In this document: positions 27,978 through 38,012 of the stretch, one piece after another
Layout: every line of letters starts with the position of its first letter
How positions within the stretch are numbered: position 1 is the first letter of the stretch
Virus record (IMG/VR): IMGVR_UViG_3300023198_000698
Coordinates: 1-57,674 of that record
Origin: a virus
Lineage: Duplodnaviria; Caudoviricetes
Length of the DNA stretch: 57,674 bases
Strand: one strand, 5' to 3'
Program-made: the position numbers and the translations under genes
The notes under the pieces: generated by a model
Told to the model about the DNA's origin: nothing
Seen by the model: only the letters and a program-made list of their open reading frames with translations
The model's database searches: none

Positions 27978-28528
27978 TATGCCCTTTGAAGTTTAGCCGA
28001 TCCCCCGCCGGCGACGGAGCCGTATTTCAGCAGCTCCGACCAGATGTAGGACGGGATCACTGGCGCCTTCGTGGTCTTGTCGAAGATCACTTCCAGGACG
28101 TCGGTCAGGACGAACTCCCTGATCCCCTCGCCGTCCGGGTCCTTCTGCCGGTCCTTCTTGATCAGCATCTGAGCCAGCTCCGCGGCTGCGTTAGATAAAA
28201 ACACTGGAATTGAATCTGATGCGATGTAGGCGACGTTCGGGATCGTTCGAGACGGGTAGGTCGCCGCGACCCTGTCCGGGTCCGGGACGTCCGCCCTCGG
28301 CCATTGAAGCGCCTGCGTGGTGGTGGCCTTCCAGCCGAACCAGTAGAACTGCTGGTCAAGGACGCGGGTCGCCATCGCGAGCGCGATGTTCTTCTGCGCG
28401 TCGGTGGCCCCGTCCCAGTCGGTTGTGTAGAGGTGGGCCTCGTAGTAGGTGTCCGCGGCTGCGAGGGTGATGTAGGTGTTCGCGCCGGCGAGTCCTGTCC
28501 CGTCTTCGACGACTAAGGTGATTGCCAT
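27977..28528 (-). CDS. Head-tail adaptor
   Basis: VEDGTGLAGANTY and QALQWPR. Confidence 0.8.
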   Translation of the reverse strand: MAITLVVEDGTGLAGANTYITLAAADTYYEAHLYTTDWDGATDAQKNIALAMATRVLDQQFYWFGWKATTTQALQWPRADVPDPDRVAATYPSRTIPNVAYIASDSIPVFLSNAAAELAQMLIKKDRQKDPDGEGIREFVLTDVLEVIFDKTTKAPVIPSYIWSELLKYGSVAGGGSAKLQRA

Positions 28529-28578
28529 GTTCTGGCCTTTCGTTTACTGGGCGGTAAGAATTGCGCTTCTCGGTGAGA

Positions 28579-28737
28579 TCAGTTCCCGAAGCGAGGCTTC
28601 GGGCCTTTGACGCCGATCGTGTCTTCGCGCCAGAACTTCTCCTGACCCTTCACGTCAACCGGGATGATCGAGGTCCGATCCGCCCGGGTGTCAGGCGGGA
28701 ATTGCAGGATCTTTTTTCGCGGTCTTTTTCTTGGCAT
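28579..28737 (-). CDS. Small basic hypothetical protein (52 aa, not in the ORF track)
   Basis: MPRKRPRKKILQFPP...PKPRFGN fills the gap before the adaptor gene. Confidence 0.4.
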   Translation of the reverse strand: MPRKRPRKKILQFPPDTRADRTSIIPVDVKGQEKFWREDTIGVKGPKPRFGN

Positions 28738-29083
28738 GGCTCTTGAGAATTTGCCGGCGCGACGTCTCGGTCTGGGTCGGCGGTTGTGGTTTCGGAGCCG
28801 GTGTCGGCGGAGCCTGTTCCGTCGATGCGATCACTGGCATCCCTTCATCTGCGTCCGTGCCTGCTGTAACCGGCTTGAGCGTCGGCTCGGCGGCTTTGGC
28901 TGCTTTCTTCGCGTCTTCGATTTCCTGCGCTTGCTCTGATAGCCTGCGGAACCGTGCCACTTTCCCGCTCTGCGTTTCCATTGGCCGGCGAACTCTTCTC
29001 ACCATCGGATACAATCCAAACATACTTCTTGCCTTTCTTTTCGTTAAAACGGGGTCCTCGCTTCGCTGGAGGACGGCGAGCAA
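28691..29083 (-). CDS. Low-complexity Lys/Pro/Ala-rich protein
   Basis: ORF after the head genes; true start probably downstream. Confidence 0.5.
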   Translation of the reverse strand: MLAVLQRSEDPVLTKRKARSMFGLYPMVRRVRRPMETQSGKVARFRRLSEQAQEIEDAKKAAKAAEPTLKPVTAGTDADEGMPVIASTEQAPPTPAPKPQPPTQTETSRRQILKSHAKKKTAKKDPAIPA

Positions 29084-29136
29084 GGACCCCGGTGTCGGTT
29101 GACTTTGCCGAGGCAGGTCAGTCTCGGCGGTAGATT

Positions 29137-29679
29137 TTACAGTGATCCGTGGGCGACCTTCTTCCAGTTGGCATCGGCGACCGTGTTGTCCGCGGTGCAG
29201 ATGTAGATGTTCGTCGCGTCCACTCGGATCGCGCCTTGCTCCGCGACGGTCCCGTCCACCCCGCCGGTCAGGGTAGCGGCCCCGAAGGAGGCGTTCGCGC
29301 AGTCGGTGGTCGTCGCTTTGGCGTTCATGGCAGCGCCCTTGACGTCCGCGGTGAGGTCCACGACGTCTCCGGTCCCGTCCACTCCGCCGATCGCCTGCGT
29401 GTCGGATGCGGTGATTGACGCGGCGAGTGCGGTGACTGCGTCGGAGGCTGTCGCGCCCCCGGAGACGTCCACCAGGATGTTCCCGGCGGTGACTGCGGCG
29501 TCCGTGTCGAATTCGTAGGTGTCTGCCCCGATCACTACGACTTCCCCGTCCGAGACTACCCCGGTGAAGGTGAGTGCTCCTGTCGCGGCGACCGCGTCCA
29601 CGGGAGTCCCGGTGGCGGATCGCGCCAGAAGCTCGGCGTTAATGGAAGCCGATCCATTTTGTCCTCTTGCCAGTGCCAT
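29137..29679 (-). CDS. Capsid decoration / head fibre protein
   Basis: Follows the capsid gene; Ala/Thr/Gly rich; IYICTADN...NWKKV. Confidence 0.65.
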   Translation of the reverse strand: MALARGQNGSASINAELLARSATGTPVDAVAATGALTFTGVVSDGEVVVIGADTYEFDTDAAVTAGNILVDVSGGATASDAVTALAASITASDTQAIGGVDGTGDVVDLTADVKGAAMNAKATTTDCANASFGAATLTGGVDGTVAEQGAIRVDATNIYICTADNTVADANWKKVAHGSL

Positions 29680-29718
29680 ATTTCGAAGGTCTTTCTTGGT
29701 TGAGAGTTGGTGGGGGCT

Positions 29719-29740
29719 GGGCGGGAATCCGTTCCCGCCC
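29719..29740. terminator. Hairpin after the major capsid gene
   Basis: GGGCGGGAA-TCCG-TTCCCGCCC, 9-bp stem. Confidence 0.5.
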
Positions 29741-29762
29741 TTTCCCGTGCGATGTGTCTCGC

Positions 29763-30788
29763 TTACTGGTCGAGGTTATGCTCGATGATCACGATCCGGA
29801 CGTTCTTCGATTCGAAGACGATGTCCCAGTTCGCGGCCAGAGCGCATTCCACGTTGGTCGGCGACTGCGCGACGACCGAGCTGGAGGTCCACTTGATGCC
29901 CCGCGGATGCAGGATGTGGCGCCGGCGATTGATCAGGATCGAGTCGTGATCCAGGGGGACCCGGGCGAACTCGACGCCTTCAGTCCCGAAGCCGCCGTCC
30001 AGCGGTTCGCCGCTGAGCGAGGCCGAGCCGGCACCGAAGGCGCCAGAACCGAACAAAACCGACTTGTATACCAAGCCGTCGGTCGTCCCTGCGCGGGTTG
30101 CGAGGTCGTCGTCCACTACGACGCGCCGGCCCTGGAAGGTGGCGATCTGCGCCTTGCCTTCGGAGTCGGGGACGTAGTCGATCAGGTCGGCCTTCTTGAG
30201 CTGCGCCTCGGTGGCGGAGTGGATCGCGATCGCGGTCAGGCGGGAACTCATGTCCCCGAGGACCTGGAGCGCGTCGATGAAGGTCGTCCCGGTGAGCTGA
30301 GTGTCCGCGGTGGTGGCCGCGATGCTCTCGCTGGCGATCTTGAGGATGTTCGGATCGCCGGATTCGGCGTCCAGGCTCAGATAGAGGCCATTGATGCAGG
30401 CGACCAGCAAGGTCTCGTCTTCCCGCGCCCAGTAGGCCGCGACGAGTTCGCCGATGGCTTTCATGGGGTCGGAGCCGGCCAGCATCCCGGCCAGGAGAGT
30501 CGTGCTCCAGGCGTTCGCGTCGTTGTGGATCGCCGCGATGTCGGAGGTGGCGCCGATCTTGACGGTGGTCAAGGAGGTGTCGTCTTTGATGAGCTGCCGG
30601 CCTCCGCTGATGTCCTGCCAGAACGGCATGTTCGCGACGGTCCCAGGACCGGCGGCGAGTGCGGAGAACGTCGGATCGTTGTTGATGATTCCCGACTGGG
30701 CGAACTTCGGAAGCTCGGCAGTGCGTTCAATGACGTATTTCTCGAAAACTTCCGGGACAATTACGTCGCTTACAACTGTTTTAGCCAT
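29763..30788 (-). CDS. Major capsid protein
   Basis: DVIVPEVF, MPFWQD, GSDPMKAIG, GRRVVVDD, HILHPRG. Confidence 0.92.
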   Translation of the reverse strand: MAKTVVSDVIVPEVFEKYVIERTAELPKFAQSGIINNDPTFSALAAGPGTVANMPFWQDISGGRQLIKDDTSLTTVKIGATSDIAAIHNDANAWSTTLLAGMLAGSDPMKAIGELVAAYWAREDETLLVACINGLYLSLDAESGDPNILKIASESIAATTADTQLTGTTFIDALQVLGDMSSRLTAIAIHSATEAQLKKADLIDYVPDSEGKAQIATFQGRRVVVDDDLATRAGTTDGLVYKSVLFGSGAFGAGSASLSGEPLDGGFGTEGVEFARVPLDHDSILINRRRHILHPRGIKWTSSSVVAQSPTNVECALAANWDIVFESKNVRIVIIEHNLDQ

Positions 30789-30827
30789 AGGTCAGTCTCT
30801 TTCGGTTTTGGTTCCGAATCGTCCGGT

Positions 30828-31613
30828 CTACCCAGTGGCTTCCGCTTCGAGGCGTTTGGCCAGCTTCGGGTCCTTCCGGATGATTCTCATTTGCTCGGTT
30901 AAGTTGTGCGTTTCAGCCTTCCAAGGGTTCTTAATCTTGGAGGCGCCAGCTCCACCGGAGCCATTACCGGAAGCACCGCTCCCGCTGCTAGGTTCGAACA
31001 GGTGAGGCGCCTCGGCGGTGAGTGTCTCGACCCATTCGGGTATTTCGAGTGGTGTGGCATCTTTGCCAAACCGAACGGTTTTTCCGTCGCCTTCGTAGGC
31101 GGTCGGTCTGCCGTCCTGCAATTTAAATAACATACGAGCGCGGGATGTCAAGTCCATGATCGCAGAAGCGCGGAGACCCTTCTTCGTCGCTGCGGTGATC
31201 GCGGCTTGGTCGATCGTGAGAGAGGTCAGGCCCTGATCCAGTCTCGCGTTCTCGTCCTGGACCTTCTTCATCGCGGCGGCGTGTTCCGCCTTCAGGCGAT
31301 CGGTCCGGGTCTTCAGCTCCGCCTCGATCTCTTCGCTGCCCTTTGCCTTGCTGCTGCGGATCTGGTCCGCCTTTGCGACAAGCTCCTTGACCTCTTCGGG
31401 CGACATGTCAACGCCGGCCCAGAGATCGGTCAGCTCCTCGATCTTCTTTCGTTGCGCGATATTGTTGTCCCGGAACTCATTCAGCTTGTCCCGGTCGACT
31501 GCTCCCTCCACTTTCAGGAGCCAAACCTTGGCGCCTTTGATTTCTTTCTCTTCGTAGAGGTCGCGGTGTGCTTCGTCTACTTCTTCGAGGTTTGTTACTT
31601 TGAATTTCAGCAT
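30828..31613 (-). CDS. Capsid scaffolding protein
   Basis: Coiled coil, APHLF..S.GSGA..G, NPWK..NLTEQ; precedes the capsid gene. Confidence 0.8.
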   Translation of the reverse strand: MLKFKVTNLEEVDEAHRDLYEEKEIKGAKVWLLKVEGAVDRDKLNEFRDNNIAQRKKIEELTDLWAGVDMSPEEVKELVAKADQIRSSKAKGSEEIEAELKTRTDRLKAEHAAAMKKVQDENARLDQGLTSLTIDQAAITAATKKGLRASAIMDLTSRARMLFKLQDGRPTAYEGDGKTVRFGKDATPLEIPEWVETLTAEAPHLFEPSSGSGASGNGSGGAGASKIKNPWKAETHNLTEQMRIIRKDPKLAKRLEAEATG

Positions 31614-31684
31614 TTTATCCGCCCAGCGGTTGAGGTTGTCCCCTCCACCTTGGAGGGGGAATTGTTCTGAAGATTATCATCTGA

Positions 31685-32134
31685 TTAGAAGCGAGTCAAA
31701 TCTTTGTGCCGAATTAAGACCTCCTCCCGGATGTTGTCCGCCTCCTTCTCGGTGAGTCCATACTCGTCGTGATTGATCGACATCTCCTTTGAGTAGCTGT
31801 CCCGCGCCTGCTTCCTGACTATCACCGCCAGGGCGTAAATCGCCTCTTTCCGGGTCGGCTCTCTCCCAGGTGCGATCGCGAAGATCAGCTCCCACCAAGC
31901 GCGATAATGAGCCAGCTCCTCCCGGTCGAGGTGGCGCGTCATTGTCTCGCAGTATCCCGTCTGAAGGAAGGACTCCCAGGTCGGGATAAGGTGAGCCAGT
32001 CGCATCGTCCGCATGTTCACGCGGATATGCTTCACCAGCTTCGGCAGTGATCGGATGACGTTCTTCCAGATCTGGATTTGATGATTTACGTTCGCGAGTC
32101 CGTTTATGTGGATTGGTGTGTTCTTGTTGTTCAT
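31685..32134 (-). CDS. Hypothetical protein
   Basis: 149-aa ORF between MuF and scaffold genes. Confidence 0.65.
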   Translation of the reverse strand: MNNKNTPIHINGLANVNHQIQIWKNVIRSLPKLVKHIRVNMRTMRLAHLIPTWESFLQTGYCETMTRHLDREELAHYRAWWELIFAIAPGREPTRKEAIYALAVIVRKQARDSYSKEMSINHDEYGLTEKEADNIREEVLIRHKDLTRF

Positions 32135-32138
32135 GATT

Positions 32139-32339
32139 TTAGATGATTGCGTCGGGTGGTAGGCCCTGCGCGATGTCCAGCTCCTCCTGCGGGAGATCCA
32201 GGCGGAGGCATCGCTCGATCCATTGCTTGTGCGTGGACTGGGCGCGGCCGATAGACGGCCAGATCTCTCCGAATCTCTCGAAGTATCGGCGATTAAGATT
32301 GGCGAGTTCTCTGTCTGCTTTCCTGCTTTCTTTGCTCAT
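32139..32339 (-). CDS. Small protein coupled to MuF (candidate immunity/partner)
   Basis: Start overlaps the MuF stop; 66 aa. Confidence 0.6.
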   Translation of the reverse strand: MSKESRKADRELANLNRRYFERFGEIWPSIGRAQSTHKQWIERCLRLDLPQEELDIAQGLPPDAII

Positions 32340-34405
32340 AGCATGGCTTTCCTTCCGAACTCCAGAAGCTCAGGGAAAAACTTCTCGATATAAACATTCC
32401 CGTCGAGGACTGCCGTGAACATGTGGGCCGCGACCTCTTGATATTTGAACGTCATGGTCTTGTAGTATTTCACAGTATGCCCGTATCCCATCCTCCCCTC
32501 GGTGAGCGACCCGATTATATCGGCGAATTCTCCAAACGCTTCCCGGTCTATAACCTTCCCGATTGGAAGCTCCGCTTCGGTGATCCCCATTAAACCGCGA
32601 AGCTTTTCCCGTGCGGTATAGTCGAACTTGTTCCTGAATATTGCGACCATCTTCTCGTTCCCTTTGTCGAGAAACCTCTTCCGCATTGAAAAGAACAAGT
32701 CCTCGAAGTCCTTGCGAACCTTGAAGGACGAGGCGATCGCCTGCTCGTTGTGGTAGTGGTGGCCGGTCTCATGAAGTAGCGTCCGCTTTCCGGCTGCGTT
32801 CTCCGCTGTCTCGCCCATCTGCAGGATGCCCCTTGTCTCGGCGTCCTTCAGTCTAACGAAGCGGTCGTAGTGTGCGCGTTGCCCCCGCCTGTAATTGGCT
32901 GGGCAAGGTCGCATTTGTCGGCGAACGTTCTCTGGGATCTTCTCGTAAAACGCCGGCTTGTATTGGCCAAGTCCTTCCGTCCATTTGGCGTCTGCTGCCG
33001 CGTTCCACTCATACTTCATCCGCGGATCGGTTGGATTGACGACCGGATTCGGCGCCTGCCCTGCCGGCGGGGCGCCTGTCACCTTCGGGGCGGGTGTAGC
33101 CGGCGGCGGCTGGCTGGGTGGCGGCGGGGTCCTCGGCGGCGGGTTCGGTGGCAGTCCTCCAGTCGCTCCGCTGCCGAACGGCGGGATCGCCGGCGGTGTG
33201 CTCAGGTTCGCGATCGCTGGGATCTGCGGTGTCCCGGGGACGTTCAGCAGCTCCTTGAGCGGAAGCGGTCGGCCTTTCTGGCTGATCAGATCGGAGACGG
33301 AAATCTTCCCGTCCCGGAACAGATTGGCCCTGCCCTTGCCCAGCATCTGATCCTGGACGGTCTTGGAGCGCGAGTTCAGCCAGGAGTCGAAGCTCATGTC
33401 CCGGGCGACCTGTCCGTCCATCGAGGCCCTGGCGTTGAACTTCGCCTTCGCGATGTTCGCGTCCGACATGCCGGCGCTCCGGAGGTTCTTCTCGAAGGAC
33501 GCTTGGAAGTTCGTCGGGCGTCCGCCGGTCCGGACGGCGCCGTCCTCGGACAGCTCCGAATAGGATTTAAGCACTGGAGTTTGACCAGATCGGCAGTTCC
33601 AGTGTGCGGTCGGTCCGGGGAACTCCTTGTCGTGTCCCTTCGGCTTCAGGTTCCCCTCGGAGTCGTAGACCCAGATTTTGCCATGCAGCGCCATGCAGAT
33701 GTCAGTCGTCCGCTTGTCCAGGGTGGCCGACCATTGGACCCCGTTGGTCACGTCCTGATTCTTCTTGTAGGTCTCCAGCCGTGAGGAGTTCGCGGCCGTC
33801 TGGACGGAGGTCCGGACGAGCGCCTCGGCGTTGTGGCGGGGGACCGACATGATCCCATCGGTGAACCCTTTCGCCCGGGTCCCGCGGATGCGGCGGACGA
33901 TCTCCGGTGTGGTCTCCCCGCGGAGCATCCCTTGGCGGACCTGAGTCGCGAACCGATGCTGGATGTCGGGCGCCATCTTCTTTTTCCACCAATCCGCGGA
34001 CGGCGCCCCCTCGATTAGCGCGTCCGAAGCGATCGCTGAGACCTGATCGGGCGAGAGAGCGACACTCATGAGATCGACCCCGACCTGATGGCGGACTTCA
34101 TTGATCAGGTATTGGCTCTCCGCCTTCGCGACCGTGGTCAGGTTCCGGACGGTGGTTCTTGCCGCCTTCGTGGTGTAGGCCGAGATGGACCGTTGCGTCT
34201 GCTTTAGCAGGCGCTCCAGGCGTTGCTGTTTGAAGGCTGTCCGGGTGGCGGCGGCTGGATTGTTCGCCGCGAGGTCGTTCAGGAGCGTCCCTTCCAGCTC
34301 CTTCAGGGTCCGGAAGACGTCTTGGCGCATCCCTTCCTTGACACGCTCCAAGACGATCGCCCTGTCGGTGATGGCAAATTGCAGATTCTGATTGGCGCTC
34401 GGCAT
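32336..34405 (-). CDS. MuF/SPP1 gp7-like head morphogenesis protein with a C-terminal zincin-like domain
   Basis: ATLDKRTTDICMALHG and PTAHWNCRS; Pro-rich linker; LLHETGHH...GH..YY...EVAA. Confidence 0.88.
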   Translation of the reverse strand: MPSANQNLQFAITDRAIVLERVKEGMRQDVFRTLKELEGTLLNDLAANNPAAATRTAFKQQRLERLLKQTQRSISAYTTKAARTTVRNLTTVAKAESQYLINEVRHQVGVDLMSVALSPDQVSAIASDALIEGAPSADWWKKKMAPDIQHRFATQVRQGMLRGETTPEIVRRIRGTRAKGFTDGIMSVPRHNAEALVRTSVQTAANSSRLETYKKNQDVTNGVQWSATLDKRTTDICMALHGKIWVYDSEGNLKPKGHDKEFPGPTAHWNCRSGQTPVLKSYSELSEDGAVRTGGRPTNFQASFEKNLRSAGMSDANIAKAKFNARASMDGQVARDMSFDSWLNSRSKTVQDQMLGKGRANLFRDGKISVSDLISQKGRPLPLKELLNVPGTPQIPAIANLSTPPAIPPFGSGATGGLPPNPPPRTPPPPSQPPPATPAPKVTGAPPAGQAPNPVVNPTDPRMKYEWNAAADAKWTEGLGQYKPAFYEKIPENVRRQMRPCPANYRRGQRAHYDRFVRLKDAETRGILQMGETAENAAGKRTLLHETGHHYHNEQAIASSFKVRKDFEDLFFSMRKRFLDKGNEKMVAIFRNKFDYTAREKLRGLMGITEAELPIGKVIDREAFGEFADIIGSLTEGRMGYGHTVKYYKTMTFKYQEVAAHMFTAVLDGNVYIEKFFPELLEFGRKAML

Positions 34406-34417
34406 AGCCGGGGGATG

Positions 34418-35965
34418 TTAATCCTCGTCCTCGGGATTGACCGGCGGACCGCTATCGTCCTCTCCAGGTCGGCCGAGTGCGCCCTCGATGCCGAGCAGCT
34501 CCTCCTCCTGTTCCGGGGTTCGGCCGGGAGGCAGGATCTCGCCCTGCTGCAGGTTCCAGTGGAGGGTGTTCCGGGAGATCCCGCGCTGAATCCAGGCGGA
34601 TGTCAAGGCGACGACGTCGGTCGAGGACAGCTTCACCGCTACAAAGTCGGTATTGATGGCGATGCTCACCGCGTCGTCTTCGATCTCCTCCGGGGAGTCG
34701 GCTGTCCCGCTCCACCAAGCCGCGATCTTGACCGCTCGGGTGAGGGTGGTCGAGATCACGCCGGCGACATGCTGCAGGACGGACGCCTCGCCGCCTTGGC
34801 GGATCTGCAGGGTCTCCGCGGCTTCCGCCGACTTCTTCTGCTGCTCCAGGAGGCGAGCGCCGAGGACCGCCATCCGGATCTCGGACTTCTCCAGGTAGGT
34901 CGAGAACTCGCTCAGGCCCTTCCCGGTGAACTCCAGGAAGCCGGCGTGGGCAGTCGGTTCGGGTGAGATCCAGGCGGTCGAGGAGCCGATCTTCAGGATT
35001 GTCTTCTCCGGGAAGCCTGCGACCCAGGCGGTCGGGAGTGCGGTGTAGTGCATCCCGTGCTTGTAGTCTGCGGTGGTCTTGTAGTGGTCGATATTCAGCT
35101 CCGCGAGATCCTCCAGGGGCGGACGGTCGACGGAGGCGTCCCCATCGTCGGAGCCGTGGAAGACGAACGGGATGTCCTCCAGGAACTTCCCTTTCCGGTC
35201 TGGCTGCTCGATGTCGGTCAGAACCCAGTGCGTCGAGGTCTTGCCGGCGGCGTCTTCCTTGGTGGCCTTCTCCCAGATCTCGGCGATGTATTGCATCGGA
35301 ACGGTCGGAGCGCCTTCTTCGGGCGGGATGTCCATCTGCGGGACGAGGCGGAGGACACGGATTCGATCGGTCACCTTGTCGGTGTAGGGGTCGCCGCCCT
35401 TGGCGATATTGTCCGATGTGGTTCCGATGGTGAGCCGGCTATGGTCCGGGTTGGTCGTCGATTCATTCAGGACGACGAGTGTCAACTTGATCCCGTTCTC
35501 CACTCGCTCAGTCCTCCAGCTCAGGACGTCCTCCGCCTTGTATTGGATGAAGAACGGCTGCTCCAGGCCGGCGTCCCAGTCCACAAGGGTCCCGCCGCGG
35601 CCGACTGCCAGGACCTCCTCGGTGATGTTCCGGGAGTAGGCTTCGAGGGAGTTCCCCTTCAGATCTGCGTCGAGCCAGAAGTTGTTCATCGACTTGCTGG
35701 CCCCGCCTTCGCCCTTCGCCATCTTCACGGTCGGGTCCTTGCGGAACAGCATCCCCACAAGTCCTTCGTGCGTCCGGGCGGTCGCGTTCCAGAACGGGGT
35801 CCGGTCCCTGTAAGCGAGGTATTCACTCTCCCCTTGCGCCTCCAGGCGCGGGAGGTAAGCCTCGGCCCTCCCCTTCACTGCGTCGGCGCCGGCGAGGACG
35901 TCTCGCATCCGCATCCATTTGTGTTGATTGTCGGCGTATTCGTCGTGAACTGTGTCGATAGGCAT
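34418..35965 (-). CDS. Portal protein (DUF4055-like)
   Basis: YLPRL..Y.AY..R, IPFVF, PPLEDLAELNIDHY; follows terL. Confidence 0.9.
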   Translation of the reverse strand: MPIDTVHDEYADNQHKWMRMRDVLAGADAVKGRAEAYLPRLEAQGESEYLAYRDRTPFWNATARTHEGLVGMLFRKDPTVKMAKGEGGASKSMNNFWLDADLKGNSLEAYSRNITEEVLAVGRGGTLVDWDAGLEQPFFIQYKAEDVLSWRTERVENGIKLTLVVLNESTTNPDHSRLTIGTTSDNIAKGGDPYTDKVTDRIRVLRLVPQMDIPPEEGAPTVPMQYIAEIWEKATKEDAAGKTSTHWVLTDIEQPDRKGKFLEDIPFVFHGSDDGDASVDRPPLEDLAELNIDHYKTTADYKHGMHYTALPTAWVAGFPEKTILKIGSSTAWISPEPTAHAGFLEFTGKGLSEFSTYLEKSEIRMAVLGARLLEQQKKSAEAAETLQIRQGGEASVLQHVAGVISTTLTRAVKIAAWWSGTADSPEEIEDDAVSIAINTDFVAVKLSSTDVVALTSAWIQRGISRNTLHWNLQQGEILPPGRTPEQEEELLGIEGALGRPGEDDSGPPVNPEDED

Positions 35966-35980
35966 GGCTCGGTCTTTCGG

Positions 35981-37333
35981 TTATACTCCCACAAGCTTCC
36001 CGACCTTCACCGCTCCGGTCCTCTGCTGGAGACCGTATCGGAGTGCGTCGTAGCCGTGGTCTTCTGCTGTCGTGTCAACGTCTTCCGGATCGAGTCCGTC
36101 GATCGGTAGCGCCGGGATCGTTCTGATCAGATTCGCGCAGTTAGAAAACACCTGAATCTTCGGGAGGCCGTCGGTCAGCTTCTGCTTCAGCATCGCGTGG
36201 ACGAGCTGGCATCCTTGCCGGCGCGAGTTCGGCCCTTTGTGAGCTGGTTGCCATTGACAGCCTAGCTCGTTCATCTGCTTCCCGCGGCTCTCTCCGCGGT
36301 TCCGTTTCAAGCCGATGTCGGCGAACGCGGACGAGTCGATCACCCCGGTTAGGATTCCGCCGTGATCCCTGATCACTCCGCTCCCGTCGGTGATCGGTAG
36401 ACGCTTGTCGCGTTTGAGGACGATCTCTGCCATCTCTCCCGCGATCATCCCGTTCCGATACAGCTCGGCGACAACATAGACCCTGCCGTCGATCTCTGCA
36501 AACCATAAAACGCAGGCCGGCGCGTTGTAGCCGTCGTCCGCGGATCGCCACATCCTGGAGCCGGCAGGGATCGGGAACGGATGGCAGACGTGGGTCCGGT
36601 GATCCCACTCGGAGAACATCACCCCTTCGAGGATGTCCCAGCGTCCCTCCTTCAGCATCCGCTTGAGGTTGTCCGGTAAGGCTTCGAGGTCGGTCTCGTA
36701 GGTGGTTCCATGCAGGAACGGATTGTCCACCAGCTTCGCGGGGATGAAGCGCCTCCAGGTTCCGGTGTTCTGATCCTTGAACTCGGTTGGGCCTCCAGCG
36801 TCCAGGATTCCGAAGCGGGTCTTGACCCAGTGATGGCCGACTCCGCCCGGGTTCGTTGTCGCTCGGACGCGGAGCGTCACGTTCGACCCCTTCGGAGCGC
36901 GGAGACGTGAGAGCATGTAAACGTAGCTCTTGTCATCCTTCCATTGCGTTAGCTCGTCCCAACCGATGTAGGAGAACTGCCTGCCTTGGTAGAGATACTT
37001 GTCCTGATCGCGCTTCAGGTAGGCGAACTCCACGATCCCGCCGGCCGGGAAGAACCACTCCTTCGAGGTCTCCCGGAATCGGCCCTGGATCGCTGGATAC
37101 AGCTCACGCGATCGGCGAATGAGGTCCTTCAGCTCGGTGTAAGTCCGCCGGAAGATGATAGACCGCATGTGCGGCTTTAGGTAGTCATGGACCGCGGAGA
37201 TCAGGAGCGCGTCCGACTTCCCGCCGCCGGCAGCTCCACCGTAGAGGACCTCCCGGTCTCGGCAGGATACAAATTTATACTGCGGCCCCTTGTTCGGGCG
37301 CCAGAGCGTCGGTCGAGATGTCGCCTGCTGCAT
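35981..37333 (-). CDS. terL: Terminase large subunit
   Basis: YGGAAGGGKS, WDELT, TTNPGG, C-terminal DHGYDALRY. Confidence 0.95.
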   Translation of the reverse strand: MQQATSRPTLWRPNKGPQYKFVSCRDREVLYGGAAGGGKSDALLISAVHDYLKPHMRSIIFRRTYTELKDLIRRSRELYPAIQGRFRETSKEWFFPAGGIVEFAYLKRDQDKYLYQGRQFSYIGWDELTQWKDDKSYVYMLSRLRAPKGSNVTLRVRATTNPGGVGHHWVKTRFGILDAGGPTEFKDQNTGTWRRFIPAKLVDNPFLHGTTYETDLEALPDNLKRMLKEGRWDILEGVMFSEWDHRTHVCHPFPIPAGSRMWRSADDGYNAPACVLWFAEIDGRVYVVAELYRNGMIAGEMAEIVLKRDKRLPITDGSGVIRDHGGILTGVIDSSAFADIGLKRNRGESRGKQMNELGCQWQPAHKGPNSRRQGCQLVHAMLKQKLTDGLPKIQVFSNCANLIRTIPALPIDGLDPEDVDTTAEDHGYDALRYGLQQRTGAVKVGKLVGV

Positions 37334-37336
37334 GGT

Positions 37337-37432
37337 TCACTTGCTGAACAGGTGGCAATAGGCCAGCATACTGGCGAGTATGCCAGCGCAGACGATCAGT
37401 ATCGGAATCAGGTTCGCGCTTAAGAATTCCAT
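37337..37432 (-). CDS. 31-aa single-TM peptide between terS and terL (not in the ORF track)
   Basis: MEFLSANLIPILIVCAGILASMLAYCHLFSK; ATG overlaps the terS TGA. Confidence 0.5.
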   Translation of the reverse strand: MEFLSANLIPILIVCAGILASMLAYCHLFSK

Positions 37433-37989
37433 CACTTGGCCCCCTTCGGTTGGGTGACCGGCAGCGGCTCGGAATAGGCTGGGATCATGATCACGCCGCC
37501 GGCGAACTGCTGCGGGGTGTCGTCTCCGGGGACGATCCGCGGGATCTTGGTCCCGATCAGATCAGCTTCGAGGGAGATCAGATCCCGGACGAGGGTGAGG
37601 AACTTCGATTGTCCAGGGGTGTTCTTGGTCCGAACGGTCTCACGGCTCCCGACCGCCTTGGTGGCGCCGGCGCCGAGCTGGCGCTTCTCCTTGGTCTCCT
37701 CCTTCTCGGGTTCCCTGGACTTGTTCCAGGCGTCCCAGGCTTGGGATCGTGCCTGCTGGATCTCCCGGACCTGCCGCGTCCGGACACGTTGCATGTCCAG
37801 GATGCCGTCCTTCCGCCAGCGGTTCTCCAGTTCGAGCAGGTCTTTAAAGGTCGTGCTCCTGCTCACGTTCAGCTCCGCGGCGATCTCCGTGATCGTCTTC
37901 CCCTGCTCATGGAGCTTTGCCGTCTTGGCGAGGTCGTGTTCCTTCTCCGTGCGGGTCCGTCCCACCTTCCCGCTTCTCTTCGTTCTCAT
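37432..37989 (-). CDS. Putative terminase small subunit
   Basis: HTH TITEIAAELNVSRSTTFKDL upstream of terL; start set at MRTKRSG. Confidence 0.75.
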   Translation of the reverse strand: MRTKRSGKVGRTRTEKEHDLAKTAKLHEQGKTITEIAAELNVSRSTTFKDLLELENRWRKDGILDMQRVRTRQVREIQQARSQAWDAWNKSREPEKEETKEKRQLGAGATKAVGSRETVRTKNTPGQSKFLTLVRDLISLEADLIGTKIPRIVPGDDTPQQFAGGVIMIPAYSEPLPVTQPKGAK

Positions 37990-38012
37990 GATGTCCCTTC
38001 GGGTTTGTTCCG

